A DNA stretch of 64,000 nt from Mobula hypostoma (Eukaryota). Every line of letters begins with the position of its first letter. The first letter of the stretch is position 1. The DNA is taken from positions 96,226,001-96,290,000 of the forward strand of contig NC_086107.1 in NCBI RefSeq assembly GCF_963921235.1, given 5' to 3'. Below the pieces are notes generated by a model. The model saw nothing but the letters and a program-made list of their open reading frames with translations. It had not been told where the DNA came from and did no database searches. The position numbers and the translations under genes are program-made. Below are positions 32,801 to 45,309 of this stretch, one piece after another.

Positions 32801-34973
32801 CCTGACCGTGAGGGACTCAAACAGGAAGAGGAAGTCGATCCGGGTGCGGGCTGAGCCGTCCGATCGTGTCCACGTGGCTTGTGGCTGTGCTCCACCTGTT
32901 GGGGTGCCACAGGCGTCGCGCAGCTTGGCTGTCTTTACTATTTCCCTCAGGAGTCTGGAGGTACTGTCCAGCCTGCCGGGTCCTCCAGCCGCATCAATGG
33001 TGCAGTTGAAGTCTCCGGCCAGAACGACCGGCTGGAGCGTCACCAGCAGCTGTGGGAGCTGCTCAAAGACGGCCAGCCGCTCGCTCCACACGGGGGAGGC
33101 GTACACATTGACCAGCCGGAGCGGAGTGCCCCGGTATTTGACGTCTGCTACCAGGAGGCGCCCCGCAACCACCTCTTTAACTTGGGTGATTGAGAAGTTG
33201 CCTCCCCGCAGCAGAATCCCCAGCCGGAAGCGCGACAATCGTTGCCCCCCGACCACACCGACAAACCTTTTTTCCACCACCGTGCCCACCTCCGGGAGTT
33301 ACGGAGGTGTGGTAGTCTGCACTCCTGGAGGAAGGTCACGTCGGCTTTTACAGTGCCCAGGGACTGGAGCGTGCTGACGCATCGCCTGGTACTCTTCAAA
33401 CTTTGCACGTTGCAGCACGCCAATTTAAGGTCTGCCGTCTTTGTAAGTCCTTTATTTCGGCTGCTCTCCGTCCTCTTCCTTCCAGTCCTGAGCCTTCCTT
33501 CCCACCGCCTTTGTGAAGTTTTCCACCTCCTGTGGGCTCAGGTACTGCTGGTAGTACTCCCCCGGGTGTGGCAGTTCTGGTTCTGACTTCCTGGGCTGCT
33601 TCCACTTCAGGCTGCTGTATGCCAGCCGTGGCTCTGCTCCGGGATTCCTGGAGCTGTGTGTCTCTGCTGCTCTCCGCCTCCTGTACCTGGGGGGTGGCCA
33701 GCAGACTTTCTCCCCTCTCTCTCCTCCCCTCCGCCTGTTCTGCCAGCCGCTTCTTCCGCCGGGGCTGCTGGCCTCCCCCAACTCCTTCCTCCTCTGAAGA
33801 GGACAGGGTACCAGAGGCTGTGTGGTTCCCTGCCCTTTTCTTGTAATCCTCTGCCTTCTGTCACTTGGCCGCGGCCTTTTGGGTCTTTTTACGTTTCACG
33901 ACCTTCCATTCAGTTTCCACCTCAGCTCTCCCCTCCTCCATGGACTCCTGCTTGTCGTTTGCCTGGTCCTGGGGGGTCTGCAGCGGGGTGGCAGGTCTTG
34001 GGGTGCTTGCACCTTCCTCCCTGGTTTCATCGTCCGTCCTGTCGGGTGCCTCGTCTGCAGCGCTGGCGGGTACGTCCGAAACTGCCTGGGCCCTTTCAGT
34101 GCCAGCACCTTCCCTGGTCGCCTGTGCGTAGGTGCCCCCATGCCTCGGGTAGTCTCTGTACAGGTTGCCAGCCTGTCCGCAAAGGTTGCAGGACTTGGCC
34201 TGCGTGCAGTCTTTGGTCAGGTGGCCTTCAGTTTTACAGTTCTTGCACATCAACACCCTGCAGTGGGCTGCGATGTGCCCTGCCTTGCCGCAGTTTCGGC
34301 ACACCCTGGATTGCCCCGCGTACACCGTGTACCCTCGGTTCCCTCTGATGGCGAAGACGGAGGGGGGCTGGATGATGCCGCCGTTGGAATCCAACCTCAG
34401 CTTCACCTTGACCTGCTGTTTGCTGGTCCAGATTCCCAGTCCGTCCTTCACGTCCGCTGGTGTTCCTACGCTCTCCACATACCGAGCGAGGAATGTAAGG
34501 ACGTCCACCACTGGCACGTACAGGTTGAACATCTGGAGCATGATTGTCCGTTCCTGCTGGGTTGCCGTTGTAAAGAGGGCCTGTGCTTTCAGCAGAGACA
34601 GCGGCGCCTCTGTCCCCTTCAGCTGAAGCTGCTGATACAGCTTCTGCCACCCTGCAGCCTGCCGGAAAGTGACATCGAAGAAACCTGCGAAATCCTGGAC
34701 ACAGTAGATGACGTTGGGCATAAATCCACAGCGTTCCATCAAGACCTTCCGGATGACGGTCTCTCGGGTGATGCTGGTGCCCCCGTTCCGGTCTCGCACT
34801 GTCAGCCTGACAGTGTTCTTGATACCCGGGCCTCGAGCCGATGCACTGCTCGCTGCTGCCATCTTCTTCTTCCTCACTGCTGTCGTCGCTGGTATGGGGT
34901 GTTAGAATGGAGACCAATCAGCATTAGCATCCACCCCTGCGTCAGCACGAACTCTTCTCCTCCGCCTTCTGGT
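29828..34973 (-). mobile_element. Keno-type Tx1 copy K4 (decayed)
   Basis: 5160-bp period. Stops at 30400, 31135 and 33861. Confidence 0.92.
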
Positions 34974-34987
34974 CTGATAAGAACAGA

Positions 34988-37900
34988 TTTTTTAAAATTT
35001 CAAAATATACTTTATTCAAAAATAAATATATACCATAAACCATTCAATAACTTTTCATCCTCTACATACGTTTCCATTATAGTCAATACATATCCGTATT
35101 TATAGCCACCCACGTGGCACTCCAGTAGTTCAGCTTACCGTATCATTGTTGAGGGGTATAGTCTCCGCCCTCCGACCCCTCCCACTCCCACGGGTGGAGA
35201 AACCTATACTGTAGTCCTTCCCCACCGGGCCCTTGCGGTGGCTGCACCGAGTTTCAGTGCGTCCCTCAGCACGTACTCCTGCAGCCGAGAATGTGCCAGT
35301 CGGCAGCATTCTCCCACGGACATCTCCATGTGCTGGTAGATCATCAAGTTTCGGGCCGACCAAAGAGCGTCTTTCACCGAGTTAATGATCTGCCAGCAGC
35401 ACCGGATGTTTGTCTCTGTGTGCGTCCCCGGGAACAGCCCGTAGATCAGAGAGTCCTCTGTTACACAGCTGCTGGGGATGAAACGTGATACTAGCCCGTC
35501 CATCCTCCTCCACACCCTCTTTGCGAACTGGCAGTGTGCAAAGAGGTGGGTCACAGACTCCTACTCACTGCAGTCCTCCCGTGGGCAGTGGGGTGCGGAG
35601 ACGACGTTCCGGGCGTACAGGATGGCTCTGACTGGGAAGGCCCCTCTCACCGCCAGCCAGGCGAGGTCTTGGTGCCTGTTGGTTAGATCTGGCGATGAGG
35701 CATTTTGCCAGATGAACTGGACAGTCTGCTCAGGAAACCACCCCACTGCGTCCATCAAGTCCTTCTCCTGCAATGCCTGCAGGACATTAAGTGCCGACCA
35801 CTGCCTGATTGCCCTGTGGTCAAAGGCGTTCTCCTGGAAGAACTTTGCTACGTAGGGCAGGTATGCCGGCAACGACCAGCTGACTGGGGTGTTGCACGGG
35901 AGTGGGGCCAGACCCATCCTTCGTAGCCAGGGCGACAGGTAGAACCTGGGCACATAGTGGTACTTGATGCCCACATACCTGGGTTCTCCACACAACCTGA
36001 TGCAGCCACTTATGAAGCTGGCTATCAGGGTGAGGGCGACATTGGGGACGTTCTTGCCCCCGTTGTCCAGGGACTTCTGCATGACGGTCCGTCTCACCCG
36101 CTCCATCTTGGATCTCCAGACGAATCTGAAGGGAGCCCCGGTGATTTCCGAGCTGTAGGAGCGGGGGACAGGCCAGACCTGTGCCAAGTACAGCAGCCCT
36201 GAGAGCACCTCACACCTGATGACCAGGTTCTTGCCCGTTATTGACAGGGGGCGCCCTCCCCACAGTCCCAGTTTCTGTATTAACTTGGCAGTCCGTTACT
36301 GCCAGTTCTTGTTGATCGCCTCAGCCCCTCCGAACCAGATCCCCAACACCTTCACGTGGTCAGACCTGATGGTGAAGGGGACGCTGGATCGGTTGGGCCA
36401 GTTGCCGAAGAGCATGGCTTCGCTCTTCGTGCAGTTGACCCTGGCCCCCGACGCCAGCTCGAACTGTTCACAGGTGCCAATCAACCTGCGAACTGACCTC
36501 GGATCAGAGCAGAAGACGGTGACGTTGTCCATGTACAGGGAGGTTTTCACTTGGGTCCCTCCACTGCCTGGCAGCATCACCCCTCTTATGCCCTCATCCT
36601 TCCTGGTGTTTTCCACAAAGGGTTCGATGCAGCAGACAAACAAGACAGGGGAGAGGGGACAGCCCTGACTGACTCCCGACCTGATGGAGAAGCTGTCTGT
36701 TTCCCATCCATTGACCTGGACTGCACTACGGATGTCTGTGTAGAGCAGTCTAATCCAATTCTGGATTCCCTTCCCTAATCCCATTTTGGAAAGCACATCC
36801 GCCATGTACGTGTGCGATATCCTGTCGAAGGCTTTCTCCTGGTCCAAGCTCACCAGGCAGGCGTTCACCCCCCTGTCCTGCACGTAGGCGATGGTGTCCC
36901 TCAGCAGTGCGAGGCTGCCTGAGATCTTCCTGTCCGGTACAGCACAGGTTTGGTCCGGGTGAATCACCTGTCCCAGAGCAGACTTGACCCTGTTGGTGAT
37001 AGCCTTGGACAGGATCTTGTAGTCCAGATTCAGGAGAGAGATGGGTCTCCAATTTCTAATGTCCTCCCTTTCCCCCTTCTGCTTGTAAATGAGGGTGATG
37101 ATGCCCTTCCTCATGGACTCTGACATACTGCCGGCCAGAAGCATAGCGTTGTACACTTCCAGCAGGTCTGGGCCTATCCAGTTCCACAGAGCCGAGTACA
37201 ACTCAGCCGATAAGCCGTCGCTTCCGGGAGTCCTACCCGACCCAAAGGAACGGATGGAGCCTGTCAGCTCGTCCAGGGTCAGTGGCTGATCCAGACTCTC
37301 CCGTTTGCCGTCATCTAAGACCTGCGTGATAGACGACAGGAAGTTGCGGGAGGCTGTGGATTCTGTGGCCTTTTCGTCGTACAGACCGGCATAGAAGGAC
37401 CTGCAGATCCTCAGAATGTCGGTCTGCGAGGATGTGACTGAGCCATCCTCTTCCTTAAGGTTGTGGATCACAGAGCTCCCCCTGTGCACCTTTTGGAAGA
37501 AGAAGCGTGAGCACGTCTCGTCCTGCTCCACGATTTGGACCCTTGATCGGAAGATGATCTTGGAGGATTCGGGGGGAGGTGCTGGGCTTGCCGGCCCTTC
37601 ACCTCTTGCAATTCCTCCCTGACATCCACCCGCTCCGACTGCAGAAGGAGAAGTTGCTGCAACTCTGTCTGTAGTTTACGCAGTTTCCTCTGCTCCTGCC
37701 TTGCTTTCCGGATACCCTTGCAGATGAAGAACCTCCTAATGTTCTCCTTGGTGGCTTCCCACCAGTGAACCGGGGAATCAAAGAAGGCTTTCAAGGTTCT
37801 CCAACCTATGGACTCTCTCTCTGTTCCTCGATGTTCTCTGGTTTCAGCAGCTATACGTTCAGCTTCCAAGTCCCCCTGCCTGCCTTCTGGTCCTCCCATA

Positions 37901-40134
37901 AGTGACAGGTGGCTCTCAGAAGGCAGTGGTCAGAGAAGAACACCGGCGTGACGTCGGTGGACCTGACCGTGAGGGACTCAAACAGGAAGAGGAAGTCGAT
38001 CCGGGTGCGGGCTGAGCCGTCCGATCGTGTCCAGGTGGCTTGTGGCTGTGCTCCACCTGTTGGGGTGCCACAGGCGTCGCGCAGCTTGGCTGTCTTTACT
38101 ATTTCCCTCAGGAGTCTGGAGGTACTGTCCAGCCTGCCGGGTCCTCCAGCCGCATCAATGGTGCAGTTGAAGTCTCCGGCCAGAACGACCGGCTGGAGCG
38201 TCACCAGCAGCAGTGGGAGCTGCTCAAAGACGGCCAGCCGCTCGCTCCACACGGGGGAGGCGTACACATTGACCAGCCGGAGCGGAGTGCCCCGGTATTT
38301 GACGTCTGCTACCAGGAGGCGCCCCGCAACCACCTCTTTAACTTGGGTGATTGAGAAGTTGCCTCCCCGCAGCAGAATCCCCAGCCGGAAGCGCGACAAT
38401 CGTTGCCCCCCGACCACACCGACAAACCTTTTTTCCACCACCGTGCCCACCTCCGGTAGTTACGGAGGTGTGGTAGTCTGCACTCCTGGAGGAAGGTCAC
38501 GTCGGCTTTTACAGTGCCCAGGGACTGGAGCGTGCTGACGCATCGCCTGGTACTCTTCAAACTTTGCACGTTGCAGCACGCCAATTTAAGGTCTGCCATC
38601 TTTGTAAGTCCTTTATTTCGGCTGCTCTCCGTCCTCTTCCTTCCAGTCCTGAGCCTTCCTTCCCACCGCCTTTGTGAAGTTTTCCACCTCCTGTGGGCTC
38701 AGGTACTGCTGGTAGTACTCCCCCGGGTGTGGCAGTTCTGGTTCTGACTTCCTGGGCTGCATCCACTTCAGGCTGCTGTATGCCAGCCGTGGCTCTGCTC
38801 CGGGATTCCTGGAGCTGTGTGTCTCTGCTGCTCTCCGCCTCCTGTACCTGGGGGGTGGCCAGCAGACTTTCTCCCCTCTCTCTCCTCCCCTCCGCCTGTT
38901 CTGGCAGCCGCTTCTTCCGCCGGGGCTGCTGGCCTCCCCCAACTCCTTCCTCCTCTGAAGAGGACAGGGTACCAGAGGCTGTGTGGTTCCCTGCCCTTTT
39001 CTTGTAATCCTCTGCCTTCTGTCACTTGGCCGCGGCCTTTTGGGTCTTTTTACGTTTCACGACCTTCCATTCAGTTTCCACCTCAGCTCTCCCCTCCTCC
39101 ATGGACTCCTGCTTGTCGTTTGCCTGGTCCTGGGGGGTCTGCAGCGGGGTGGCAGGTCTTGGGGTGCTTGCACCTTCCTCCCTGGTTTCATCGTCCGTCC
39201 TGTCGGGTGCCTCGTCTGCAGCGCTGGCGGGTACGTCCGAAACTGCCTGGGCCCTTTCAGTGCCAGCACCTTCCCTGGTCGCCTGTGCGTAGGTGCCCCC
39301 ATGCCTCGGGTAGTCTCTGTACAGGTTGCCAGCCTGTCCGCAAAGGTTGCAGGACTTGGCCTGCGTGCAGTCTTTGGTCAGGTGGCCTTCAGTTTTACAG
39401 TTCTTGCACATCAACACCCTGCAGTGGGCTGCGATGTGCCCTGCCTTGCCGCAGTTTCGGCACACCCTGGATTGCCCCGCGTACACCGTGTACCCTCGGT
39501 TCCCTCTGCTGGCGAAGACGGAGGGGGGCTGGATGACGCCGCCGTTGGAATCCAACCTCAGCTTCACCTTGACCTGCTGTTTGCTGGTCCAGATTCCCAG
39601 TCCGTCCTTCACGTCCGCTGGTGTTCCTACACTCTCCACATACCGAGCGAGGAATGGAAGGACGTCCACCACTGGCACGTACAGGTTGAACATCTGGAGC
39701 ATGATTGTCCGTTCCTGCTGGGTTGCCGTTGTAAAGAGGGCCTGTGCTTTCAGCAGAGACAGCGGCGCCTCTGTCCCCTTCAGCTGAAGCTGCTGATACA
39801 GCTTCTGCCACCCTGCAGCCTGCCGGAAAGTGACATCGAAGAAACCTGCGAAATCCTGGACACAGTTGATGACGTTGGGCATAAATCCACAGCATTCCAT
39901 CAAGACCTTCCGGATGACGGTCTCTCGGGTGATGCTGGTGCCCCCGTTCCGGTCTCGCACTGTCAGCCTGACAGTGTTCTTGATACCCGGGCCTCGAGCC
40001 GATGCACTGCTCGCTGCTGCCATCTTCTTCTTCCTCACTGCTGTCGTCGCTGGTATGGGGTGTTAGATTGGAGGCCAATCAGCATTAGCATCCACCCCTG
40101 CGTCAGCACGAACTCTTCTCCTCCGCCTTCTGGT
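34988..40134 (-). mobile_element. Keno-type Tx1 copy K5 (decayed)
   Basis: 5161-bp period. Stops at 35561, 36296 and 39022. Confidence 0.92.
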
Positions 40135-40148
40135 CTGATAAGAACAGA

Positions 40149-43100
40149 TTTTTTAAAATTTCAAAATATACTTTATTCAAAAATAAATATATACCATAAA
40201 CCATTCAATAACTTTTCATCCTCTACATACGTTTCCATTATAGTCAATACATATCCGTATTTATAGCCACCCACGTGGCACTCCAGTAGTTCAGCTTACC
40301 ATATCATTGTTGAGGGGTATAGTCTCCGCCCTCCGACCCCTCCCACTCCCACGGGTGGAGAAACCTATACTGTAGTCCTTCCCCACCGGGCCCTTGCGGT
40401 GGCTGCACCGAGTTTCAGTGCGTCCCTCAGCACGTACTCCTGCAGCCGAGAATGTGCCAGTCGGCAGCATTCTCCCACGGACATCTCCATGTGCTGGTAG
40501 ATCATCAAGTTTCGGGCCGACCAAAGAGCGTCTTTCACCGAGTTAATGATCTGCCAGCAGCACTGGATGTTTGTCTCTGTGTGCGTCCCCGGGAACAGCC
40601 CGTAGATCAGAGAGTCCTCTGTTACACAGCTGCTGGGGATAAAACGTGATACTAGCCCGTCCATCCTCCTCCACACCCTCTTTGCGAACTGGCAGTGTGC
40701 AAAGAGGTGGGTCACAGACTCCTACTCACTGCAGTCCTCCCGTGGGCAGTGGGGTGCGGAGACGACGTTCTGGGCGTACAGGAGGGCTCTGAGTGGGAAG
40801 GCCCATCTCACTGCCAGCCAGGCGAGGTCTTGGTGCCTGTTGGTGAGATCTGGCGATGAGGCATTTTGCCAGATGAACTGGACAGTCTGCTCAGGAAACC
40901 ACCCCACTGCGTCCATCAGGTCCTTCTCCTGCAATGCCTGCAGGACATTAAGTGCCGACCACTGCCTGATTGCCCTGTGGTCAAAGGCGTTCTCCTGGAA
41001 GAACTTTGCTACGTAGGGCAGGTATGCCGGCAACGACCAGCTGACTGGGGTGTTGCACGGGAGGGGGGCCAGACCCATCCTTCGTAGCCAGGGCGACAGG
41101 TAGAACCTGGGCACATAGTGGTACTTGATGCCCACATACCTGGGTTCTCCACACAACCTGATGCAGCCACTTATGAAGCTGGCTATCAGGGTGAGGGCGA
41201 CATTGGGGACGTTCTTGCCCCCGTTGTCCAGGGACTTCTGCATGACGGTCCGTCTCACCCGCTCCATCTTGGATCTCCAGACGAATCTGAAGGGAGCCCC
41301 GGTGATTTCCGAGCTGTAGGAGCGGGGGACAGGCCAGACCTGCGCCAAGTACAGCAGCCCTGAGAGCACCTCACACCTGATGACCAGGTTCTTGCCCGTT
41401 ATTGACAGGGGGCGCCCTCCCCACAGTCCCAGTTTCTGTATTAACTTGGCAGTCCGTTACTGCCAGTTCTTGTTGATCGCCTCAGCCCCTCCGAACCAGA
41501 TCCCCAACACCTTCACGTGGTCAGACCTGATGGTGAAGGGGATGCTGGATCGGTTGGGCCAGTTGCCGAAGAGCATGGCTTCGCTCTTCGTGCAGTTGAC
41601 CCTGGCCCCCGACGCCAGTTTGAACTGTTCGCAGGTGCCAATCAACCTGCGAACTGACCTCGGATCAGAGCAGAAGACGGTGACGTCGTCCATGTACAGG
41701 GAGGTTTTCACTTGGGTCCCTCCACTGCCTGGCAGCATCACCCCTCTTATGCCCTCATCCCTCCTGGTGTTTTCCGCAAAGGGTTCGATGCAGCAGACAA
41801 ACAAGACAGGGGAGAGGGGACAGCCCTGCCTGACTCCCGACCTGATGGAGAAGCTGTCTGTTTCCCATCCATTGACCTGGACTGCACTACGGATGTCTGT
41901 GTAGAGCAGTCTAATCCAATTCTGGATTCCCTCCCCAAATCCCATTTTGGAAAGCACGTCCGCCATGTACGTGTGCGATATCCTGTCGAAGGCTTTCTCC
42001 TGGTCCAAGCTCACCAGGCAGGCATTCACCCCCCTGTCCTGCACGTAGGCGATGGTGTCCCTCAGCAGTGCGAGGCTGCCTGAGATCTTCCTGTCCGGTA
42101 CAGCACAGGTTTGGTCCGGGTGAATCACCTGTCCCAGAGCAGACTTGACCCTGTTGGCGATAGCCTTGGACAGGATCTTGTAGTCCAGATTCAGGAGAGA
42201 GATGGGTCTCCAATTTCTAATGTCCTCCCTTTCCCCCTTCTGCTTGTAGATGAGGGTGATGATGCCCTTCCTCATGGACTCTGACATACTGCCGGCCAGA
42301 AGCATAGCATTGTACACTTCCAGCAGGTCTGGGCCCATCCAGTTCCACAGAGCCGAGTACAACTCAGCCGGTAAGCCGTCGCTTCCGGGAGTCCTACCCG
42401 ACCCAAAGGAACGGATGGAGCCTGTCAGCTCGTCCAGGGTCAGTGGCTGATCCAGACTCTCCCGTTTGCCGTCATCTAAGACCTGCGTGATAGACGACAG
42501 GAAGTTGCGGGAGGCTGTGGATTCTGTGGCCTTTTCGTCGTACAGACCGGCATAGAAGGACCTGCAGATCCTCAGAATGTCGGTCTGCGAGGATGTGACT
42601 GAGCCATCCTCTTCCTTAAGGTTGTGGATCACAGAGCTCCCCCTGTGCACCTTTTGGAAGAAGAAGCGTGAGCACGTCTCGTCCTGCTCCACGATTTGGA
42701 CCCTTGATCGGAAGATGATCTTGGAGGATTCGGGGGGAGGTGCTGGGCTTGCCGGCCCTTCACCTCTTGCAATTCCTCCCTGACATCCACCCGCTCCGAC
42801 TGCAGAAGGAGAAGTTGCTGCAACTCTGTCTGTAGTTTACGCAGTTTCCTCTGCTCCTGCCTTGCTTTCCGGATACCCTTGCAGATGAAGAACCTCCTAA
42901 TGTTCTCCTTGGTGGCTTCCCACCAGTGAACCGGGGAATCAAAGAAGGCTTTCAAGGTTCTCCAACCTATGGACTCTCTCTCTGTTCCTCGATGTTCTCT
43001 GGTTTCAGCAGCTATACGTTCAGCTTCCAAGTCCCCCTGCCTGCCTTCTGGTCCTCCCATAAGTGACAGGTGGCTCTCAGAAGGCAGTGGTCAGAGAAGA

Positions 43101-45295
43101 ACACCGGCGTGACGTCGGTGGACCTGACCGTGAGGGACTCAAACAGGAAGAGGAAGTCGATCCGGGTGCGGGCTGAGCCGTCCGATCGTGTCCAGGTGGC
43201 TTGTGGCTGTGCTCCACCTGTTGGGGTGCCACAGGCGTCGCGCAGCTTGGCTGTCTTTACTATTTCCCTCAGGAGTCTGGAGGTACTGTCCAGCCTGCCG
43301 GGTCCTCCAGCCGCATCAATGGTGCAGTTGAAGTCTCCGGCCAGAACGACCGGCTGGAGCGTCACCAGCAGCAGTGGGAGCTGCTCAAAGACGGCCAGCC
43401 GCTCGCTCCACACGGGGGAGGCGTACACATTGACCAGCCGGAGCGGAGTGCCCCGGTATTTGACGTCTGCTACCAGGAGGCGCCCCGCAACCACCTCTTT
43501 AACTTGGGTGATTGAGAAGTTGCCTCCCCGCAGCAGAATCCCCAGCCGGAAGCGCGACAATCGTTGCCCCCCGACCACACCGACAAACCTTTTTTCCACC
43601 ACCGTGCCCACCTCCGGTAGTTACGGAGGTGTGGTAGTCTGCACTCCTGGAGGAAGGTCACGTCGGCTTTTACAGTGCCCAGGGACTGGAGCGTGCTGAC
43701 GCATCGCCTGGTACTCTTCAAACTTTGCACGTTGCAGCACGCCAATTTAAGGTCTGCCATCTTTGTAAGTCCTTTATTTCGGCTGCTCTCCGTCCTCTTC
43801 CTTCCAGTCCTGAGCCTTCCTTCCCACCGCCTTTGTGAAGTTTTCCACCTCCTGTGGGCTCAGGTACTGCTGGTAGTACTCCCCCGGGTGTGGCAGTTCT
43901 GGTTCTGACTTCCTGGGCTGCATCCACTTCAGGCTGCTGTATGCCAGCCGTGGCTCTGCTCCGGGATTCCTGGAGCTGTGTGTCTCTGCTGCTCTCCGCC
44001 TCCTGTACCTGGGGGGTGGCCAGCAGACTTTCTCCCCTCTCTCTCCTCCCCTCCGCCTGTTCTGGCAGCCGCTTCTTCCGCCGGGGCTGCTGGCCTCCCC
44101 CAACTCCTTCCTCCTCTGAAGAGGACAGGGTACCAGAGGCTGTGTGGTTCCCTGCCCTTTTCTTGTAATCCTCTGCCTTCTGTCACTTGGCCGCGGCCTT
44201 TTGGGTCTTTTTACGTTTCACGACCTTCCATTCAGTTTCCACCTCAGCTCTCCCCTCCTCCATGGACTCCTGCTTGTCGTTTGCCTGGTCCTGGGGGGTC
44301 TGCAGCGGGGTGGCAGGTCTTGGGGTGCTTGCACCTTCCTCCCTGGTTTCATCGTCCGTCCTGTCGGGTGCCTCGTCTGCAGCGCTGGCGGGTACGTCCG
44401 AAACTGCCTGGGCCCTTTCAGTGCCAGCACCTTCCCTGGTCGCCTGTGCGTAGGTGCCCCCATGCCTCGGGTAGTCTCTGTACAGGTTGCCAGCCTGTCC
44501 GCAAAGGTTGCAGGACTTGGCCTGCGTGCAGTCTTTGGTCAGGTGGCCTTCAGTTTTACAGTTCTTGCACATCAACACCCTGCAGTGGGCTGCGATGTGC
44601 CCTGCCTTGCCGCAGTTTCGGCACACCCTGGATTGCCCCGCGTACACCGTGTACCCTCGGTTCCCTCTGCTGGCGAAGACGGAGGGGGGCTGGATGACGC
44701 CGCCGTTGGAATCCAACCTCAGCTTCACCTTGACCTGCTGTTTGCTGGTCCAGATTCCCAGTCCGTCCTTCACGTCCGCTGGTGTTCCTACACTCTCCAC
44801 ATACCGAGCGAGGAATGGAAGGACGTCCACCACTGGCACGTACAGGTTGAACATCTGGAGCATGATTGTCCGTTCCTGCTGGGTTGCCGTTGTAAAGAGG
44901 GCCTGTGCTTTCAGCAGAGACAGCGGCGCCTCTGTCCCCTTCAGCTGAAGCTGCTGATACAGCTTCTGCCACCCTGCAGCCTGCCGGAAAGTGACATCGA
45001 AGAAACCTGCGAAATCCTGGACACAGTTGATGACGTTGGGCATAAATCCACAGCATTCCATCAAGACCTTCCGGATGACGGTCTCTCGGGTGATGCTGGT
45101 GCCCCCGTTCCGGTCTCGCACTGTCAGCCTGACAGTGTTCTTGATACCCGGGCCTCGAGCCGATGCACTGCTCGCTGCTGCCATCTTCTTCTTCCTCACT
45201 GCTGTCGTCGCTGGTATGGGGTGTTAGATTGGAGGCCAATCAGCATTAGCATCCACCCCTGCGTCAGCACGAACTCTTCTCCTCCGCCTTCTGGT
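40149..45295 (-). mobile_element. Keno-type Tx1 copy K6 (decayed)
   Basis: 5161-bp period. Stops at 40722, 41457 and 44183. Confidence 0.92.
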
Positions 45296-45309
45296 CTGAT
45301 AAGAACAGA

